Source: Candidatus Nanohaloarchaea archaeon
Lineage (GTDB): Archaea; Nanohalarchaeota; Nanosalinia; Nanosalinales; Nanosalinaceae
Length of the DNA stretch: 59,095 bases
Direction of reading: 5' to 3'
Assembly (NCBI GenBank): GCA_046497485.1
Contig: JAWOFP010000045.1
Coordinates: 1 to 59,095 of the forward strand
Shown here: positions 20,097-31,576 of the stretch, one piece after another
Layout of the letters: every line of letters starts with the position of its first letter
How positions within the stretch are numbered: the first letter of the stretch is position 1
Program-made: the position numbers and the translations under genes
Notes under the pieces: generated by a model
What the model was told of the DNA's origin: nothing
Seen by the model: the letters and a program-made list of their open reading frames with translations, nothing else
The model's database searches: none

Positions 20097-22574
20097 ATGA
20101 GTAAGAACATTAACAAACTTGAATTTGGAATTGTAAGCCCTGAAAAGCTAGACAACATGGCTGTCAAAGAGATTGACAAAGCCGAAGTCTACGATGCAGA
20201 CGGATACCCTGTAGAGGACGGAGTAATGGATCCATCCCTAGGAGTAATCGATCCTGGAATGACTTGCCAGACATGTGGCGGAAAGATCAGAGAATGTAAA
20301 GGGCACTTCGGACAGATCACACTTTCCAGGCCTGTAGCACATGTGCTTTATGCAAAGAAGATCAGGAACCTTCTCAGATTCACAAACATCAATGAGAACG
20401 GTAACTGCACACTACTAATCAAAGACGAAGACAAGGCCTTGAGGAAATCAAATAGAAAAACTGAAGATCCGGAGACAGGAGAGGAAGTTCCAGACATCAA
20501 ACTGAACAAGCCTTACACGTTCATGGAAGATGGAGAAAAGCTTACACCTACAGAGATTAGGGAAAGGTTCAAGCAGATTCCAGATGACATCGCAGCAAAG
20601 GTAGGTGTCGAAGGAGGAAGACCAGAAGACCTCATAATGACGAGAATTCCAGTACCGCCTGTAACAATCAGGCCTTCAATTACACTGGAGACAGGAGAAA
20701 GATCCGAAGACGATATCACACACAAACTAGTAGATATCATCAGGATCAACAAGAGGCTTCAGAACAATATTGAGATCGAAGCACCTGACTTCATTATCGA
20801 TGATCTATGGGAGCTACTTCAGTACCACGTTGCGACACTTTTCTATAATGACATGAATAGCGTACCGCCGGCACGACATCGTTCCGGAAGATCACTAAAA
20901 TCTTTAATTGAAAGAGTTCAAGGTAAACAGGGACGCTTCCGTGAGAATCTAATCGGTAAGCGTGTCAACTTCTCAGCTCGTACAGTAATTACTCCTGATC
21001 CTAATATCGGGATCAACGAAGTAGGAGTTCCTTATGAAGTAGCAGAGAAACTAACTATTCCAAAGAAAGTAACGGAAGAAAACTACGATCAGGCCATAGA
21101 ATGGCTTGAGAATGGACCTGACACTCATCCTGGTGTGAACTATGTATTCCAGCCGGATGGAAGCAGGAGAAGAGTAACTGAAGAAAACCTTGAAGATTTA
21201 ATAGAAGCAATTGAGCCTGGAGAAGGCTGGAAGATTGAAAGACATCTAATGGATGGAGACACAGTACTATTCAACCGTCAACCATCCCTGCACCGAATGT
21301 CAATCATGGCCCACGAAGTTCGTGTACTACCTTACAGGACATTCAGACTCAATCTGAATGTATGTGCGCCTTACAACGCAGACTTCGACGGAGACGAGAT
21401 GAACCTCCACGTTCCACAGACAGAGGAGGCTCGTGCAGAAGCCAGTGAACTGATGAAAGTACAGGAACACATCAAATCACCGAAGATGGGAGGACCAATC
21501 GTCGGTATGCTTCAAGACTATATTTCAGGCCTATACCTGTTAACTCAAGAAGACAAGGAAGTAGACAGAGAGAAAGCCTTCAACATTCTAGCAGAATCCG
21601 GAGAGCATTTCTCCGAGCTGCCTGAAGGCGACAAGATCTCAGGAAGAGACCTAGTAAGTATCTTCATACCTGATGACATCTCCTTGACAATCAACGAAGG
21701 AGAAGAAGATGAAGTAGTAATTGAAGAAGGACAGTTAGTCAAAGGAGTACTAGATGAGGACGCACTTGGAGACTACGGTGGAGAGATCATCCAGCAATTA
21801 GATATTGAATACGGAAGCGACATGGTCGCAGAGTTCCTCAACAGAGTCTCAAGAGTTGGAGCAATCTTCCTAACAAAGAGAGGATTCTCCATAGGCCTTG
21901 AAGACCTAGAAGTCCCAGATGAAGCAACAGAAAAGATACAGGAAGTTATCGAAGAGTCTCTTGATGATGCAGACGAGCTTCTAAAAGAGTACGAAGCTGG
22001 AAAGATGGAAGCAATCACAGGAAAGACACTGGATGAATCCAGAGAGATCAGAGTAACCAAACAGTTGAACGAGGCCTTCACAGAGATCGGAGAGATTATC
22101 TCAGATCAGTTCGATGAGTCCTCTTCAGCTTACGTCATGGCAGACTCAGGAGCAAGAGGTTCCATGCAAAACGTTACAACGATGGCGGGAATGCTTGGAC
22201 AGAACTCAGTAAGAGATACAAGAATTCAGAGAGGATACAAGGAAAGAACTCTTTCCCACTTCAAGAAAGGAGAGATGAGTCCAAAATCCAAGGGATTCGT
22301 TTCCTCAAGTATTTTAGAAGGCCTAGACCCTCAGGAGATGTTCTTCCACCAGATGGCGCAGAGAAAGGCGCTCGCGGACAAGTCCCTGAACACAAAGACT
22401 TCGGGATACATGTATAGGCGTATCTCGAACTCGCTTCAGGATCTACGGGTAGAATATGATCAGTCTGTGCGTGATGCACAGGGCAAGATCATCCAGTTCC
22501 GTGCAGGAGAAGATGGAATTGACCCACAAAAATCCGACAGAGGAAAGATTTCAACCAACATTTCAACCAAATAG
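20097..22574 (+). CDS. rpoA1: DNA-directed RNA polymerase subunit A' (Rpo1N)
   Basis: 825 aa with the zinc motif CQTCGG...CKGHFGQI, RQPSLHRMS, and the catalytic NADFDGDEMNLH. A GGTGA Shine-Dalgarno lies upstream. Confidence 0.95.
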   Translation: MSKNINKLEFGIVSPEKLDNMAVKEIDKAEVYDADGYPVEDGVMDPSLGVIDPGMTCQTCGGKIRECKGHFGQITLSRPVAHVLYAKKIRNLLRFTNINENGNCTLLIKDEDKALRKSNRKTEDPETGEEVPDIKLNKPYTFMEDGEKLTPTEIRERFKQIPDDIAAKVGVEGGRPEDLIMTRIPVPPVTIRPSITLETGERSEDDITHKLVDIIRINKRLQNNIEIEAPDFIIDDLWELLQYHVATLFYNDMNSVPPARHRSGRSLKSLIERVQGKQGRFRENLIGKRVNFSARTVITPDPNIGINEVGVPYEVAEKLTIPKKVTEENYDQAIEWLENGPDTHPGVNYVFQPDGSRRRVTEENLEDLIEAIEPGEGWKIERHLMDGDTVLFNRQPSLHRMSIMAHEVRVLPYRTFRLNLNVCAPYNADFDGDEMNLHVPQTEEARAEASELMKVQEHIKSPKMGGPIVGMLQDYISGLYLLTQEDKEVDREKAFNILAESGEHFSELPEGDKISGRDLVSIFIPDDISLTINEGEEDEVVIEEGQLVKGVLDEDALGDYGGEIIQQLDIEYGSDMVAEFLNRVSRVGAIFLTKRGFSIGLEDLEVPDEATEKIQEVIEESLDDADELLKEYEAGKMEAITGKTLDESREIRVTKQLNEAFTEIGEIISDQFDESSSAYVMADSGARGSMQNVTTMAGMLGQNSVRDTRIQRGYKERTLSHFKKGEMSPKSKGFVSSSILEGLDPQEMFFHQMAQRKALADKSLNTKTSGYMYRRISNSLQDLRVEYDQSVRDAQGKIIQFRAGEDGIDPQKSDRGKISTNISTK

Positions 22575-22585
22575 GTGAATAAAAA

Positions 22586-23692
22586 ATGAGCGAACTACAC
22601 TGGAAAGACAGAGCAGAAGAACTGCCTGAAAAGTATCAAGGCCTAGACCTTGACAAAGAAATAAGAGAAAAGCTTGAACAAAGATATGAGCAGATGCAGT
22701 ATGAACCCGGTGAATCTATCGGAACAGTTGCTGCACAGTCAATCGCAGAACCTGCTACACAGTTGACGATGGAGACATACCACCAGGCAGGAGGAGCACA
22801 GGTTTCCTTGACAGCAGGCCTACCACGACTTATCGAGATTGTGGATGCAAGAAGAGAGCCTAAGACTCCAGCAATGGATGTCTATCTAGATGAAGAGTAC
22901 AACACAAAGGAAGATGCCAAGAGACTGGCTCGAAAGCTTAGGGAAGTTAAGTTTGATGATCTTGTGAAGAAGGATACACTGGATATCATGGGATTGAAGG
23001 TTGAGTACGAACTGAATACTGATCTTCTTGAGGATTACGATATTGAGATGGATGATCTTCCTTCAAGAATTAAGGATTCAGCTAGAAAGGCAAAAGTCGA
23101 GCTTGATGACAACACAGTTATACTTGAATCATCTGAAGATGATTACGATCTCAGAGATCTTAAAGACTTGAAGAACAAGGTCGAAGAAGCAAGAATTAAA
23201 GGCCTGAAAGGAATCGAGCAAGTAGTAATTAACGAAGAAGACGGCCAATGGCAGCTTCAGACAGCTGGAACCGCACTAAGAAAGACACTGAAGATTGAGG
23301 AAGTCGATCCAAATAGGACAATTTCTAACCACCTTTTCGAGGTTATGAGGGTGCTTGGAGTCGAGGCCTTGAGACAGAGAATCATTGTGGAAACTAATGA
23401 GACTCTAGGAGCCCAGGGTATCAGCATTGATGATAGACATATCATGCTTCTAGCCGATATGATGACGCGCACAGGAGGACTGAAAGGAACCACAAGATAC
23501 GGAATCGTTGGCGAGAAAGAGTCCATCCTTGCAAGATCTGTCTTCGAGGAGACGAAGAAGCATTTGCGTGAAGGAACTCTCGGCGGTTCAGTCGATGAGA
23601 TTGAAGGCGTAGTTGAAAACCTAATAACGGGGCAGCCTGTCCCTGTAGGTACTGGAGTAGTAGACCTCAAACCTAGCTTCAGTACCGATTAA
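22586..23692 (+). CDS. rpoA2: DNA-directed RNA polymerase subunit A'' (Rpo1C)
   Basis: 368 aa with [25 protein letters not shown] and a C-terminal [20 protein letters not shown] Shine-Dalgarno lies upstream. Confidence 0.95.
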   Translation: MSELHWKDRAEELPEKYQGLDLDKEIREKLEQRYEQMQYEPGESIGTVAAQSIAEPATQLTMETYHQAGGAQVSLTAGLPRLIEIVDARREPKTPAMDVYLDEEYNTKEDAKRLARKLREVKFDDLVKKDTLDIMGLKVEYELNTDLLEDYDIEMDDLPSRIKDSARKAKVELDDNTVILESSEDDYDLRDLKDLKNKVEEARIKGLKGIEQVVINEEDGQWQLQTAGTALRKTLKIEEVDPNRTISNHLFEVMRVLGVEALRQRIIVETNETLGAQGISIDDRHIMLLADMMTRTGGLKGTTRYGIVGEKESILARSVFEETKKHLREGTLGGSVDEIEGVVENLITGQPVPVGTGVVDLKPSFSTD

Positions 23693-23758
23693 ATCCTTCC
23701 ATATATAAAATATGGGGGACAATCTTAGATTACAGATAACACATAGATTCTACGTGAT

Positions 23759-24184
23759 ATGATGGTAACAGCGACTTACGACACAGACATGATCAGAACT
23801 CTTCACATGTTCGAATCCCTTACAGATGTAGAGGCAAGAGACTGTATAATTAAAGACGACGAAGCCTACTTCATCGTACCAGAAGGTAAAGCCGGTATGG
23901 CGATTGGTAAAGGAGGACAAATCGTTCAGAAGGTTCAGAACCAGTTAGGAAAAACTGTCAAAATTTACGAATACAATGACAACATCGGAGCCTTCATCAA
24001 CAACATAGTCCCTGGAGATATTAGAGGAGTAGACATTGAAGACACTGAAGAAGGAAAGAAAGTCTCAATCAATGTTCCTAACAGCAACAAGGGAAAAGTT
24101 CTGGGAAGAGAAGGAGAAAGAATCGAATCGATTAGAGAACTTCTAGCAAGAACACATAACGTGAAGGAAGTTAAGGTCGAATAA
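23759..24184 (+). CDS. nusA: Archaeal NusA-like KH-domain protein
   Basis: 141 aa with two KH-like GxxG segments (AIGKGGQIV, VLGREGERI) and a conserved position after rpoA''. Confidence 0.85.
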   Translation: MMVTATYDTDMIRTLHMFESLTDVEARDCIIKDDEAYFIVPEGKAGMAIGKGGQIVQKVQNQLGKTVKIYEYNDNIGAFINNIVPGDIRGVDIEDTEEGKKVSINVPNSNKGKVLGREGERIESIRELLARTHNVKEVKVE

Positions 24185-24317
24185 GAACTCATTTCTCTAG
24201 GCTATATTCCGCATCATGATAATACTCTCATAGTGGGGAAGCAAAGGCATCTATATCTTAATAAGTTCTATTTGAAAAACTCCACCTTTCTTATTCCAAC
24301 TTTCCAAAATTTCTCAT

Positions 24318-25886
24318 ATGATCAGAAAGAAAATCGGTAACCTCAAGAGATTCGACCGAGTCCTGAAGATACTGTTAGAGAACGAGATGGGATTCCTCAT
24401 AGAAAAAACAGGCCTATCCGACCAACTACCATTTACAGAAAGACTGAAGATAAAGAAGCACGAAAAGCCTGGACCAGAAAGATTGAGAGAGACGCTTGAA
24501 GAACTTGGAAGCATCTACGTCAAATTTGGGCAAATACTTGCTCAAAGACCCGATTTGATACCTAGAAGATACTGTGAAGAGCTAGGGAAACTGGAGGATC
24601 ATGTCCCTTCGTTTAAATGGAAAGAAGCTGAAAAGATAATTGAAGAAGAGATAGGCCTCAACCATTTTGAGAATATAGATGAGGATCCTATTGCTGCAGC
24701 TTCTATTGCACAGGTGCATAAAGCAACTTTGGAGAACGGCGAAGAAGTTGTCATCAAGGTTAAGAGACCCTGTATTGATGAGAAAGTTGAGCAAGATTTG
24801 AAGATTTTAGAATTCTTTACTAAGCAGGCAGAGAAGCATTCAAAGATTGCGAAAAGATCCGATGCATTGGAGTTTGTGAATCAGTTCTCGAGCTGGACAC
24901 GGGAAGAATTAGACTTAGAACGTGAAGGCCTAAACGCCCAGATATTCAAGGAGAATTTGAAGGAGGAAGAAAATCTGAAAGCGCCAAAAATTTATCCAGA
25001 ACTGAATACTGAGAAAGTATTGGTCATGGAGTATGTTAAAGGGGTTAAATGTACCAATACTGAGAAATTGAAAGAAATGGATATCGATGCCGAAGAGATT
25101 GCAGAGACTGCTGTCAGAGCAGGTATTAAGCAGTCGATTATCGATGGATTCTTCCACGCAGACCCTCATCCTTCTAACTTTCTACTTACAGAAGACTCAA
25201 AGATAATATACATGGACTTTGGGATGATGGGTAAAGTCAGTCATGAGAATGGAGAAAAACTAGGCCTACTATTAGTTTACCTGATTAGAGAGGATATTGA
25301 TAGCATCATAGACTGCCTTGAAGATCTAGGAACTATAAAATCCGAATACAACAGAGAAGGCGTCGAAGAAATAGTTAAGGAAAAGGTCTTGATACTAAAA
25401 AATACTTCTCTAAAACAGACAAGTATCACAAAAGAGATGTTCGATTTATTTGTGCAGATATCAGATGAAGGTCTTCAGATGCCTTCCAACATGGCTTTGC
25501 TTGGAAAGAACTTAGTGACTATGGAAGGAATCGCCCTAACTATCTACCCTGATTTCCGTATTCAGAATAGTTATGAAGATGTCGTTAAAGAGACATTGAA
25601 GAAGAAAAACTCACCGGACAAACTTGCTGAGGACTTCACTATAGACCTGATTAAGAACAAGGAGTTATTCACCAAGTTACCGACCAAGTTAAACAATAAA
25701 TTGGACTCCAATGAGGACAGAGAGATCAATATAACGCAAGATTCTAAGAACATTGAAACTTTGCCAGCAGGCCTAATAATTTCCTCAGGCCTTATATTTA
25801 CGGCTTCTCCTTTTTACCCTCCACTAGCAATATTAGGTATTGGCCAGCTAGGACTAGGCCTTTACCTGCACCACCAGACCGATTAA
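24318..25886 (+). CDS. ABC1/UbiB (AarF) atypical kinase-family protein with C-terminal membrane segments
   Basis: 522 aa with [48 protein letters not shown] and a hydrophobic tail. Confidence 0.8.
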   Translation: MIRKKIGNLKRFDRVLKILLENEMGFLIEKTGLSDQLPFTERLKIKKHEKPGPERLRETLEELGSIYVKFGQILAQRPDLIPRRYCEELGKLEDHVPSFKWKEAEKIIEEEIGLNHFENIDEDPIAAASIAQVHKATLENGEEVVIKVKRPCIDEKVEQDLKILEFFTKQAEKHSKIAKRSDALEFVNQFSSWTREELDLEREGLNAQIFKENLKEEENLKAPKIYPELNTEKVLVMEYVKGVKCTNTEKLKEMDIDAEEIAETAVRAGIKQSIIDGFFHADPHPSNFLLTEDSKIIYMDFGMMGKVSHENGEKLGLLLVYLIREDIDSIIDCLEDLGTIKSEYNREGVEEIVKEKVLILKNTSLKQTSITKEMFDLFVQISDEGLQMPSNMALLGKNLVTMEGIALTIYPDFRIQNSYEDVVKETLKKKNSPDKLAEDFTIDLIKNKELFTKLPTKLNNKLDSNEDREINITQDSKNIETLPAGLIISSGLIFTASPFYPPLAILGIGQLGLGLYLHHQTD

Positions 25887-25921
25887 AGGGGTATAAAAAG
25901 TTTGGTTTTCAGTATTTGGGT

Positions 25922-26344
25922 ATGGGAATGTACGGCGCACGAAAGATGAAGAAGAAGCGACAGGAGTACCGCTGGAGCGATAAGAATTACAAGAGAAGAA
26001 TGCTGAATTTAAAGGAAAAAGCAGACCCATTAGAAGGAAGTCCTCAGGGTAGAGGAATTGTTTTAGATAAGCGTATAATTGAAGCAAAGCAGCCTAACTC
26101 CGCGCTGCGTAAATGTGTGCGTGTACAGCTTCTCAAAAACGGTAAACAGTTGACAGCTTTTGTTCCAGGAGACGGAGCAATCGAATACATCGATGAGCAC
26201 GACGAAGTACTTATCGAAGGAATCGGAGGAGCAGACTCCGGACCGAAGGGAGACATTCCAACTGTCAGATACAAAGTAATCAAAGTAAACGGAATCTCAC
26301 TGGAAGGCCTAGTTTCAGGCGACCAGGAGAAGCCAACACGGTGA
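25922..26344 (+). CDS. rps12: 30S ribosomal protein uS12
   Basis: [14 protein letters not shown] and [21 protein letters not shown]. The track starts at the TTG at 25916. ATG codons at 25922 and 25928 are more likely starts. Confidence 0.9.
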   Translation: MGMYGARKMKKKRQEYRWSDKNYKRRMLNLKEKADPLEGSPQGRGIVLDKRIIEAKQPNSALRKCVRVQLLKNGKQLTAFVPGDGAIEYIDEHDEVLIEGIGGADSGPKGDIPTVRYKVIKVNGISLEGLVSGDQEKPTR

Positions 26345-26351
26345 TAAAATA

Positions 26352-26981
26352 ATGAGCAATGCAGCTACAATCAACATTGAAGACGATAGAATCCTGACAT
26401 TTGGAAGATGGGATGCAGAAGATGTCCAGATCGGAGACGATGGACTTGTAAGATACATCAATCTTGAGAACATCATGGAGCCTAGAAGTAAAGGCCGTCA
26501 CACAGATAAACAGTTCTACAAGGCAGAAGTTCCAATTGTTGAAAGACTTCTTAACAGAATGTATGTAGCTGGACATAGAGGTAACAAGCATAAAATCACC
26601 TCTGGAATTAACACAGGAAACAAGGAGAAACTTTGGAAGATAATTGAACAGACCTTTGAAGAAATTGAAGAAGAGACAGATGAGAACCCAATCCAGGTTT
26701 TAGTTGATGCGATTGAGAACTCTGCTCCAGTAGAAGAAGTTGTAACATATCAAAGAGGTGGAGCAAGAGCAAGAAAAGCTGTAATCGTTGCACCTCAGAG
26801 AAGAGTAGACCTTGCACTAAGGCTACTTGTCCAGGGAGCATACGAGAACAGGCTTGCAGACAGCAAAAATGCGGTTCAGGCCTTGAAAGAAGAACTTGTC
26901 GGCGCCCAGGATAACGACACGAATGTCAGAGCAGTAATGACCAAGCAGAGAAAGGAGAAAGAAGCAGAAGGCGCACGATAA
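26352..26981 (+). CDS. rps7: 30S ribosomal protein uS7
   Basis: 209 aa immediately after rps12, with a GGTGA Shine-Dalgarno. Motifs are ERLLNRM and YQRGGARARKAV. Confidence 0.9.
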   Translation: MSNAATINIEDDRILTFGRWDAEDVQIGDDGLVRYINLENIMEPRSKGRHTDKQFYKAEVPIVERLLNRMYVAGHRGNKHKITSGINTGNKEKLWKIIEQTFEEIEEETDENPIQVLVDAIENSAPVEEVVTYQRGGARARKAVIVAPQRRVDLALRLLVQGAYENRLADSKNAVQALKEELVGAQDNDTNVRAVMTKQRKEKEAEGAR

Positions 26982-27117
26982 AAACCACATATCCATTTCA
27001 ATTCATTTTTCCATTTCAATTAGAAAGTTGTATTAGATTTTTCTACTGTGACAGGCCTGTATCCTTTTAAAAAACTTGTAAAGTATTTCTCTTCTATAAC
27101 TTGGTGAAATTTAATTT

Positions 27118-29301
27118 ATGGGAGACGAGCTTGACGCAATAAAACAAGTGATTAACGATCCTGAGCATATCAGGAATATCGCAATCGCAGCACACATCGA
27201 CCACGGTAAAACAACATTAACAGATAACCTTCTAGCCCGAGCAGGTATGATCTCGGAAAAGTTGGCCGGAGACCAGCGTTTCATGGACTTCGACGACCAG
27301 GAAGCAGAGAGAGGAATCACAATTTACTCTGCAAACGTTTCAATGGTCCACGAACACAGCGGAGACGACTACCTGATCAACCTTATCGATACCCCAGGGC
27401 ACGTAGACTTCGGAGGAGATGTTACCCGTGCGATGAGAGCTGTAGATGGAGTAGTAGTGCTTGTCGACGCAGTTGACGGAGTAATGCCTCAGACAGAAAC
27501 AGTCATGAAACAGGCACTTAATGAAGGCGTCAAGCCAGTACTGTTCATCAACAAAGTAGATAGATTAATTGAAGAGATGCAGCTAACTCCTGAAGAGATG
27601 CAGGAAAGATTCATCGATATAATCAGAGAAGCAAACACCGCACTTCGTAAATACGCGGATGAGGAAACTGCAGAGGCCTGGAAGATGAAAGTAGACAATG
27701 GAACAGTCGCATTCGGTTCTGCACTTAAGAACTGGGCGATTTCCGCTCCTTACATGGAGAAGACCGGCATCACCTTCGGAGATGTAATTGATAGAGTAAA
27801 CGATGGAGACCATGAAGGCCTAAGAGAGGATGCCCCGATTGAGGAAGTTGTACTCGACATGGTAGTCGAGCACCTAGTGAACCCTCAAGAAGCTGCATCC
27901 AGAAGAATTGACAAAGTATGGCCTGGAGATCCTGAAAGCGATATAGGAACGAGCATGAGAGCTCATGATCAGGATGGACCTCTTGTAGGAGTAGTCACAA
28001 ATGTTGAGGATGACGAACACGCAGGTACAATCGCAACCGCAAGACTGTTCTCCGGAACCGTGAGAGAAGGAGACGAACTATATGGGCTTGGATCACAGAA
28101 GACTGAGAGAGCACAGCAGGTCGGAATCTATTCCGGACCAAGAAAGCTTACAGTTGATGAGGTCCCATGTGGGAACATCGCAGCATTAACCGGTCCAGAC
28201 TTTTCGACAGGAGAAACATTTATTCTTGAAGGCGAAGAGGAAATCGCAGCATTCGAGCAGATCGAACACGTATTCGAGCCTGTTGTCACAAAGTCAATCG
28301 AGCCAAAAAGGACTTCAGACCTTCCAAAGCTTATTGAAGCATTAAGAAAACGTGCTAAGGAAGACAACACAATCAAAATTGAAATTGACGAAGAAACAGG
28401 AGAGACACTGGTTTCAGGCCTTGGAGAGCTTCACATCGAAGCAAAGGTTGAAAGATTCCTTGACGAACAGGGAATCGACATCAATGTTTCCGAGCCAATC
28501 GTTGTATTCAGAGAAGGAATCAGCGACGAGAGCCCAGAAGTCACAGGTAAATCCCCTAACCGGCACAACCAGCTGGTTATGACGGTCGAACCGATAAAGG
28601 AAGAACTTAGAAAATTCCTGAAAGAAGACTACAAAGAGCTCAAATTAAAGGCTGACGACGAAACAGAAGTCAGAGACGCGCTTGTAGAACACGGAATGGA
28701 CCAAGACGAAGCAGACAACATCATGGATGCTTACGAAGAGAACCTATTCATTAACGCTTCAAGAGGTATCAAGAACCTGAGAGAAATCCAAGAGTACTTA
28801 GTTGATGCATTCCATGAGTTCTGCGATGAAGGACCGATGGCTAACGAACCAGTTATTGGATTGAAAATCAAGTTGCACGACGCAAAGCTGCACGAGGACG
28901 CAATCCACAGAGGCCCATCTCAGATGATCCCAGCAACAAAGGACGCCATGAAGAGAGGATTCCTACAGAGCCAGCCAAGACTCATCGAGCCAAAACAGAA
29001 GATGAGAATCGATACCCCAAGCGACACAATGGGAGAAGCAATGACAGAAGTCAACAACAGAAGAGGAGACATCATCGACATGGACGAAGAAGGAGACTCA
29101 GCAATCATCCGCTGTAAGCTACCAGTTGAAGAACTCTTCGGATTCGAAGCAGCTCTCAAGTCTGCTACAAACGGTAAAGGATTCTTCTCCTTAATCGACA
29201 TAATCTTCGAGCCACTGGACAGAAACCTTCAGGAAGAAAAGATCCTAGAGATCAGAGAAAGAAAAGGAATGAAGGAAGAACTTCCAAGCATCGAAGAATA
29301 A
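27118..29301 (+). CDS. fusA: Translation elongation factor aEF-2
   Basis: 727 aa with the G-domain motifs AHIDHGKTT, DTPGH and NKVD. The diphthamide-site context HEDAIHRGPSQ is present. Confidence 0.95.
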   Translation: MGDELDAIKQVINDPEHIRNIAIAAHIDHGKTTLTDNLLARAGMISEKLAGDQRFMDFDDQEAERGITIYSANVSMVHEHSGDDYLINLIDTPGHVDFGGDVTRAMRAVDGVVVLVDAVDGVMPQTETVMKQALNEGVKPVLFINKVDRLIEEMQLTPEEMQERFIDIIREANTALRKYADEETAEAWKMKVDNGTVAFGSALKNWAISAPYMEKTGITFGDVIDRVNDGDHEGLREDAPIEEVVLDMVVEHLVNPQEAASRRIDKVWPGDPESDIGTSMRAHDQDGPLVGVVTNVEDDEHAGTIATARLFSGTVREGDELYGLGSQKTERAQQVGIYSGPRKLTVDEVPCGNIAALTGPDFSTGETFILEGEEEIAAFEQIEHVFEPVVTKSIEPKRTSDLPKLIEALRKRAKEDNTIKIEIDEETGETLVSGLGELHIEAKVERFLDEQGIDINVSEPIVVFREGISDESPEVTGKSPNRHNQLVMTVEPIKEELRKFLKEDYKELKLKADDETEVRDALVEHGMDQDEADNIMDAYEENLFINASRGIKNLREIQEYLVDAFHEFCDEGPMANEPVIGLKIKLHDAKLHEDAIHRGPSQMIPATKDAMKRGFLQSQPRLIEPKQKMRIDTPSDTMGEAMTEVNNRRGDIIDMDEEGDSAIIRCKLPVEELFGFEAALKSATNGKGFFSLIDIIFEPLDRNLQEEKILEIRERKGMKEELPSIEE

Positions 29302-29327
29302 AAATCATCGAGGCCTAAATTTGAGGT

Positions 29328-29708
29328 ATGAGAGATTACCTCCACATATCTCTAATTTTCTTTATTTTAACTGGAATATCATTTTTGAGTCTAAAGCCTA
29401 TTTCACTACCTAGTTCCGGATTACCTATATCCTATATCGGGCATTTCATGATTTACTTCTTCCTTTCAGGGGCTTTCATGCTCTACTTTCATGACAAGGA
29501 ACATGATCATCTGGATGCGGTAATTCTGGCAGGCCTAACAGGATTGTTTTTTGAGCTGCTTCAGTCACAGCTGGCCTTCAGAACTTTCAGCTACATCGAT
29601 ATCATAGTCAATTTTCTTGGTGCTTCAGGCCTTTTCCTAGAACTAAAGTTTCCAACAGTTCACAAGATTGTGGATTATGAAGACAGAATGCTAGAGAATC
29701 TGACTTAG
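29328..29708 (+). CDS. VanZ-like small membrane protein
   Basis: 126 aa with four hydrophobic segments. The pattern GHFMIYF...FELLQ...RTFSYIDIIVNFLGASG resembles the VanZ family. Confidence 0.5.
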   Translation: MRDYLHISLIFFILTGISFLSLKPISLPSSGLPISYIGHFMIYFFLSGAFMLYFHDKEHDHLDAVILAGLTGLFFELLQSQLAFRTFSYIDIIVNFLGASGLFLELKFPTVHKIVDYEDRMLENLT

Positions 29709-29713
29709 GACAT

Positions 29714-30130
29714 CTAATCCTTATCTTCTCGGTAATGCTTTTCAGTTCCCAAGGCATTAGCTGTTGCAGCGGCTGCCCCTTCTCCAACACTCTTAATGCT
29801 GTAATCTCCTGTAACAAAATCCAAGGCCTGAAGTCCTTGAGCCGCGTTACCTGTGGCAAGACCCCCTACTACCATAGCAGGTTTCCTAGTTTTCTCCCAA
29901 TCTTCCCCAGGCTCCAAATAATCGTATGCTATATCTGTAAGAGATGACCCGAATGAACCTGTCGCTAGGTGTCCAGCAGTATTTACCCATTCAGGACTAT
30001 CAGGATTGAGTGCAGCGTTTATTGCTACGGCGGTTGAACCAATAAAAATTGAGGCTTTGACAGGATCAGTTTTACCATAAAATCCCTGGACTCATCCAGC
30101 AGCCCGTTCATAAAGGTCTTCGGATGACAT
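29714..30130 (-). pseudogene. Interrupted ORF: ATG plus 12 codons, then an in-frame TGA (30092-30094), then ~125 further open codons of Gly/Ala-rich sequence
   Basis: My reverse-strand translation is MSSEDLYERAAG*VQGFYGKTDPVKASIFIGSTAVAINAAL...GTEKHYREDKD. After the TGA there is no ATG, GTG or TTG until the TTG that heads the 67-aa track ORF. Confidence 0.35.
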
Positions 30131-30183
30131 AATTGCCACATAGAAGTAACATATAAAATAGCTGTGATAGGTTAGGACTCCTT

Positions 30184-30193
30184 TTTAAAGTTT
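30184..30193 (+). promoter_or_regulatory. TATA-box-like TTTAAAGTTT upstream of tuf
   Basis: The exact 10-mer lies ~47-56 nt upstream of the ATG at 30240, and a GGTGA Shine-Dalgarno sits between them. Confidence 0.35.
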
Positions 30194-30239
30194 TAAGAGT
30201 TTACTGTTGATTATACGCTGTATAGGTGAAAATTCAAAA

Positions 30240-31505
30240 ATGGCAGATAATGCACACATTAACTTAGTATTTATTGGACACGTAGACCACGGAAAGTCCA
30301 CTACAATCGGAAGATTGCTATGGGACACTAAAAACCTTCCAGAAGAAGAAATGCGTAAGCTAGAAGAAGCTGCAGAAGAAGCAGGTAAAGAATCCTTCAA
30401 CTTCGCGTTCGCTATGGACTCCCTCGAAGAAGAGAGAGAAAGAGGAGTTACAATCGACCTGGCACATCAGAAATTCGATACAGACACATACAATTTCACA
30501 ATCATCGATGCTCCAGGACACCGTGACTTCATTAAGAACATGATCACAGGAGCTTCCCAGGCAGACGCAGCAGTTCTAGTAGTTGCAGCTGACGACGGAA
30601 TCCAGCCTCAGACAAAAGAACACGCTTACCTCGCAAAGACACTTGGAATCGACCAATTAGTCGTTGCAGTCAACAAGATGGATCTTGAAGACTACAATGA
30701 GGATTCATTCAACGAGATAAGCCAGGAAGTATCCGACCTAATCGCAGGAGTAGGATACCAGCCTGACGACATTGACTTCGTACCAATCTCCAGCTTCCAC
30801 GGCGTAAACGTAGTGGAAACAGAAGGAGAAATGGACTGGTACGACGGACCAACACTATCCGAAGCACTAGACGACTTCGAAGAACCTGAAAAGGCAATCG
30901 ACCTACCAATGAGAGTTCCAATTCAGGACGTTTACTCAATTTCCGGAATTGGAGCAGTAACAGTCGGAAGAGTCGAAACAGGAGAAATCAACCCTGGCGA
31001 CGACGTCACATTCCAGCCAGCAGGAGTAGGTGGAGAAGTTAAGACCATCGAAATGCACCACGAAGAAGTAGACTCAGCAGAACCAGGAGACAACATCGGA
31101 TGGAACACAAGAGGAGTCGGAAATGACGACGTCAAGAAAGGAGACGTAGCAGGGCCAGCAGACAACCCTCCAACAGTCGCAGAGACTTTCGAGGCACAAG
31201 TAATCGTCCTCAACCACCCTAACGTCATCTCCGAAGGATACACACCAGTATTCCACGTCAACACAGCACAGGTAAGCTGTACTTTCGAGGAGCTTCATTC
31301 AACAATGAACCCTCAGACAGGAGAGACACTGGAAGAAGACCCAGACTACATCAAGCAGGGTCAGGCAGCAAAGGTCACAATCAGACCTCAGCAGCCGCTC
31401 GTTATCGAGGAGAACGACGACATCCCACAGATGGCACGATTCGCTATCAGAGACATGGGACAGACAGTCGGAGCCGGACAGGCACTCGAAGTAAACGAGA
31501 AATAA
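30240..31505 (+). CDS. tuf: Translation elongation factor aEF-1 alpha
   Basis: I set the start at [21 protein letters not shown]; the track ORF begins 33 nt upstream. It has the DAPGHRDF and NKMD motifs. Confidence 0.95.
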   Translation: MADNAHINLVFIGHVDHGKSTTIGRLLWDTKNLPEEEMRKLEEAAEEAGKESFNFAFAMDSLEEERERGVTIDLAHQKFDTDTYNFTIIDAPGHRDFIKNMITGASQADAAVLVVAADDGIQPQTKEHAYLAKTLGIDQLVVAVNKMDLEDYNEDSFNEISQEVSDLIAGVGYQPDDIDFVPISSFHGVNVVETEGEMDWYDGPTLSEALDDFEEPEKAIDLPMRVPIQDVYSISGIGAVTVGRVETGEINPGDDVTFQPAGVGGEVKTIEMHHEEVDSAEPGDNIGWNTRGVGNDDVKKGDVAGPADNPPTVAETFEAQVIVLNHPNVISEGYTPVFHVNTAQVSCTFEELHSTMNPQTGETLEEDPDYIKQGQAAKVTIRPQQPLVIEENDDIPQMARFAIRDMGQTVGAGQALEVNEK

Positions 31506-31576
31506 AACAACTAAAGGCCTGATTTAGGCCTCACATATTTTCATTTCATTTTATTCTGAATACAGGTGGTTAAAGC

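Noticed and set aside
26993-27021. Direct repeat CCATTTCAATT (twice) upstream of the EF-2 gene as a regulatory repeat
   Set aside because: There are only two 11-nt copies in AT-rich spacer DNA. There is no palindromic structure and the repeat does not recur elsewhere in the window, so it is compatible with chance.
30092-30094. In-frame TGA as evidence for genome-wide stop-codon reassignment (TGA read as an amino acid)
   Set aside because: TGA clearly terminates well-supported genes in the same window, for example at 3472-3474, 5299-5301 and 16821-16823. Global recoding is therefore not supported, and a local pseudogene or sequencing error is more likely.
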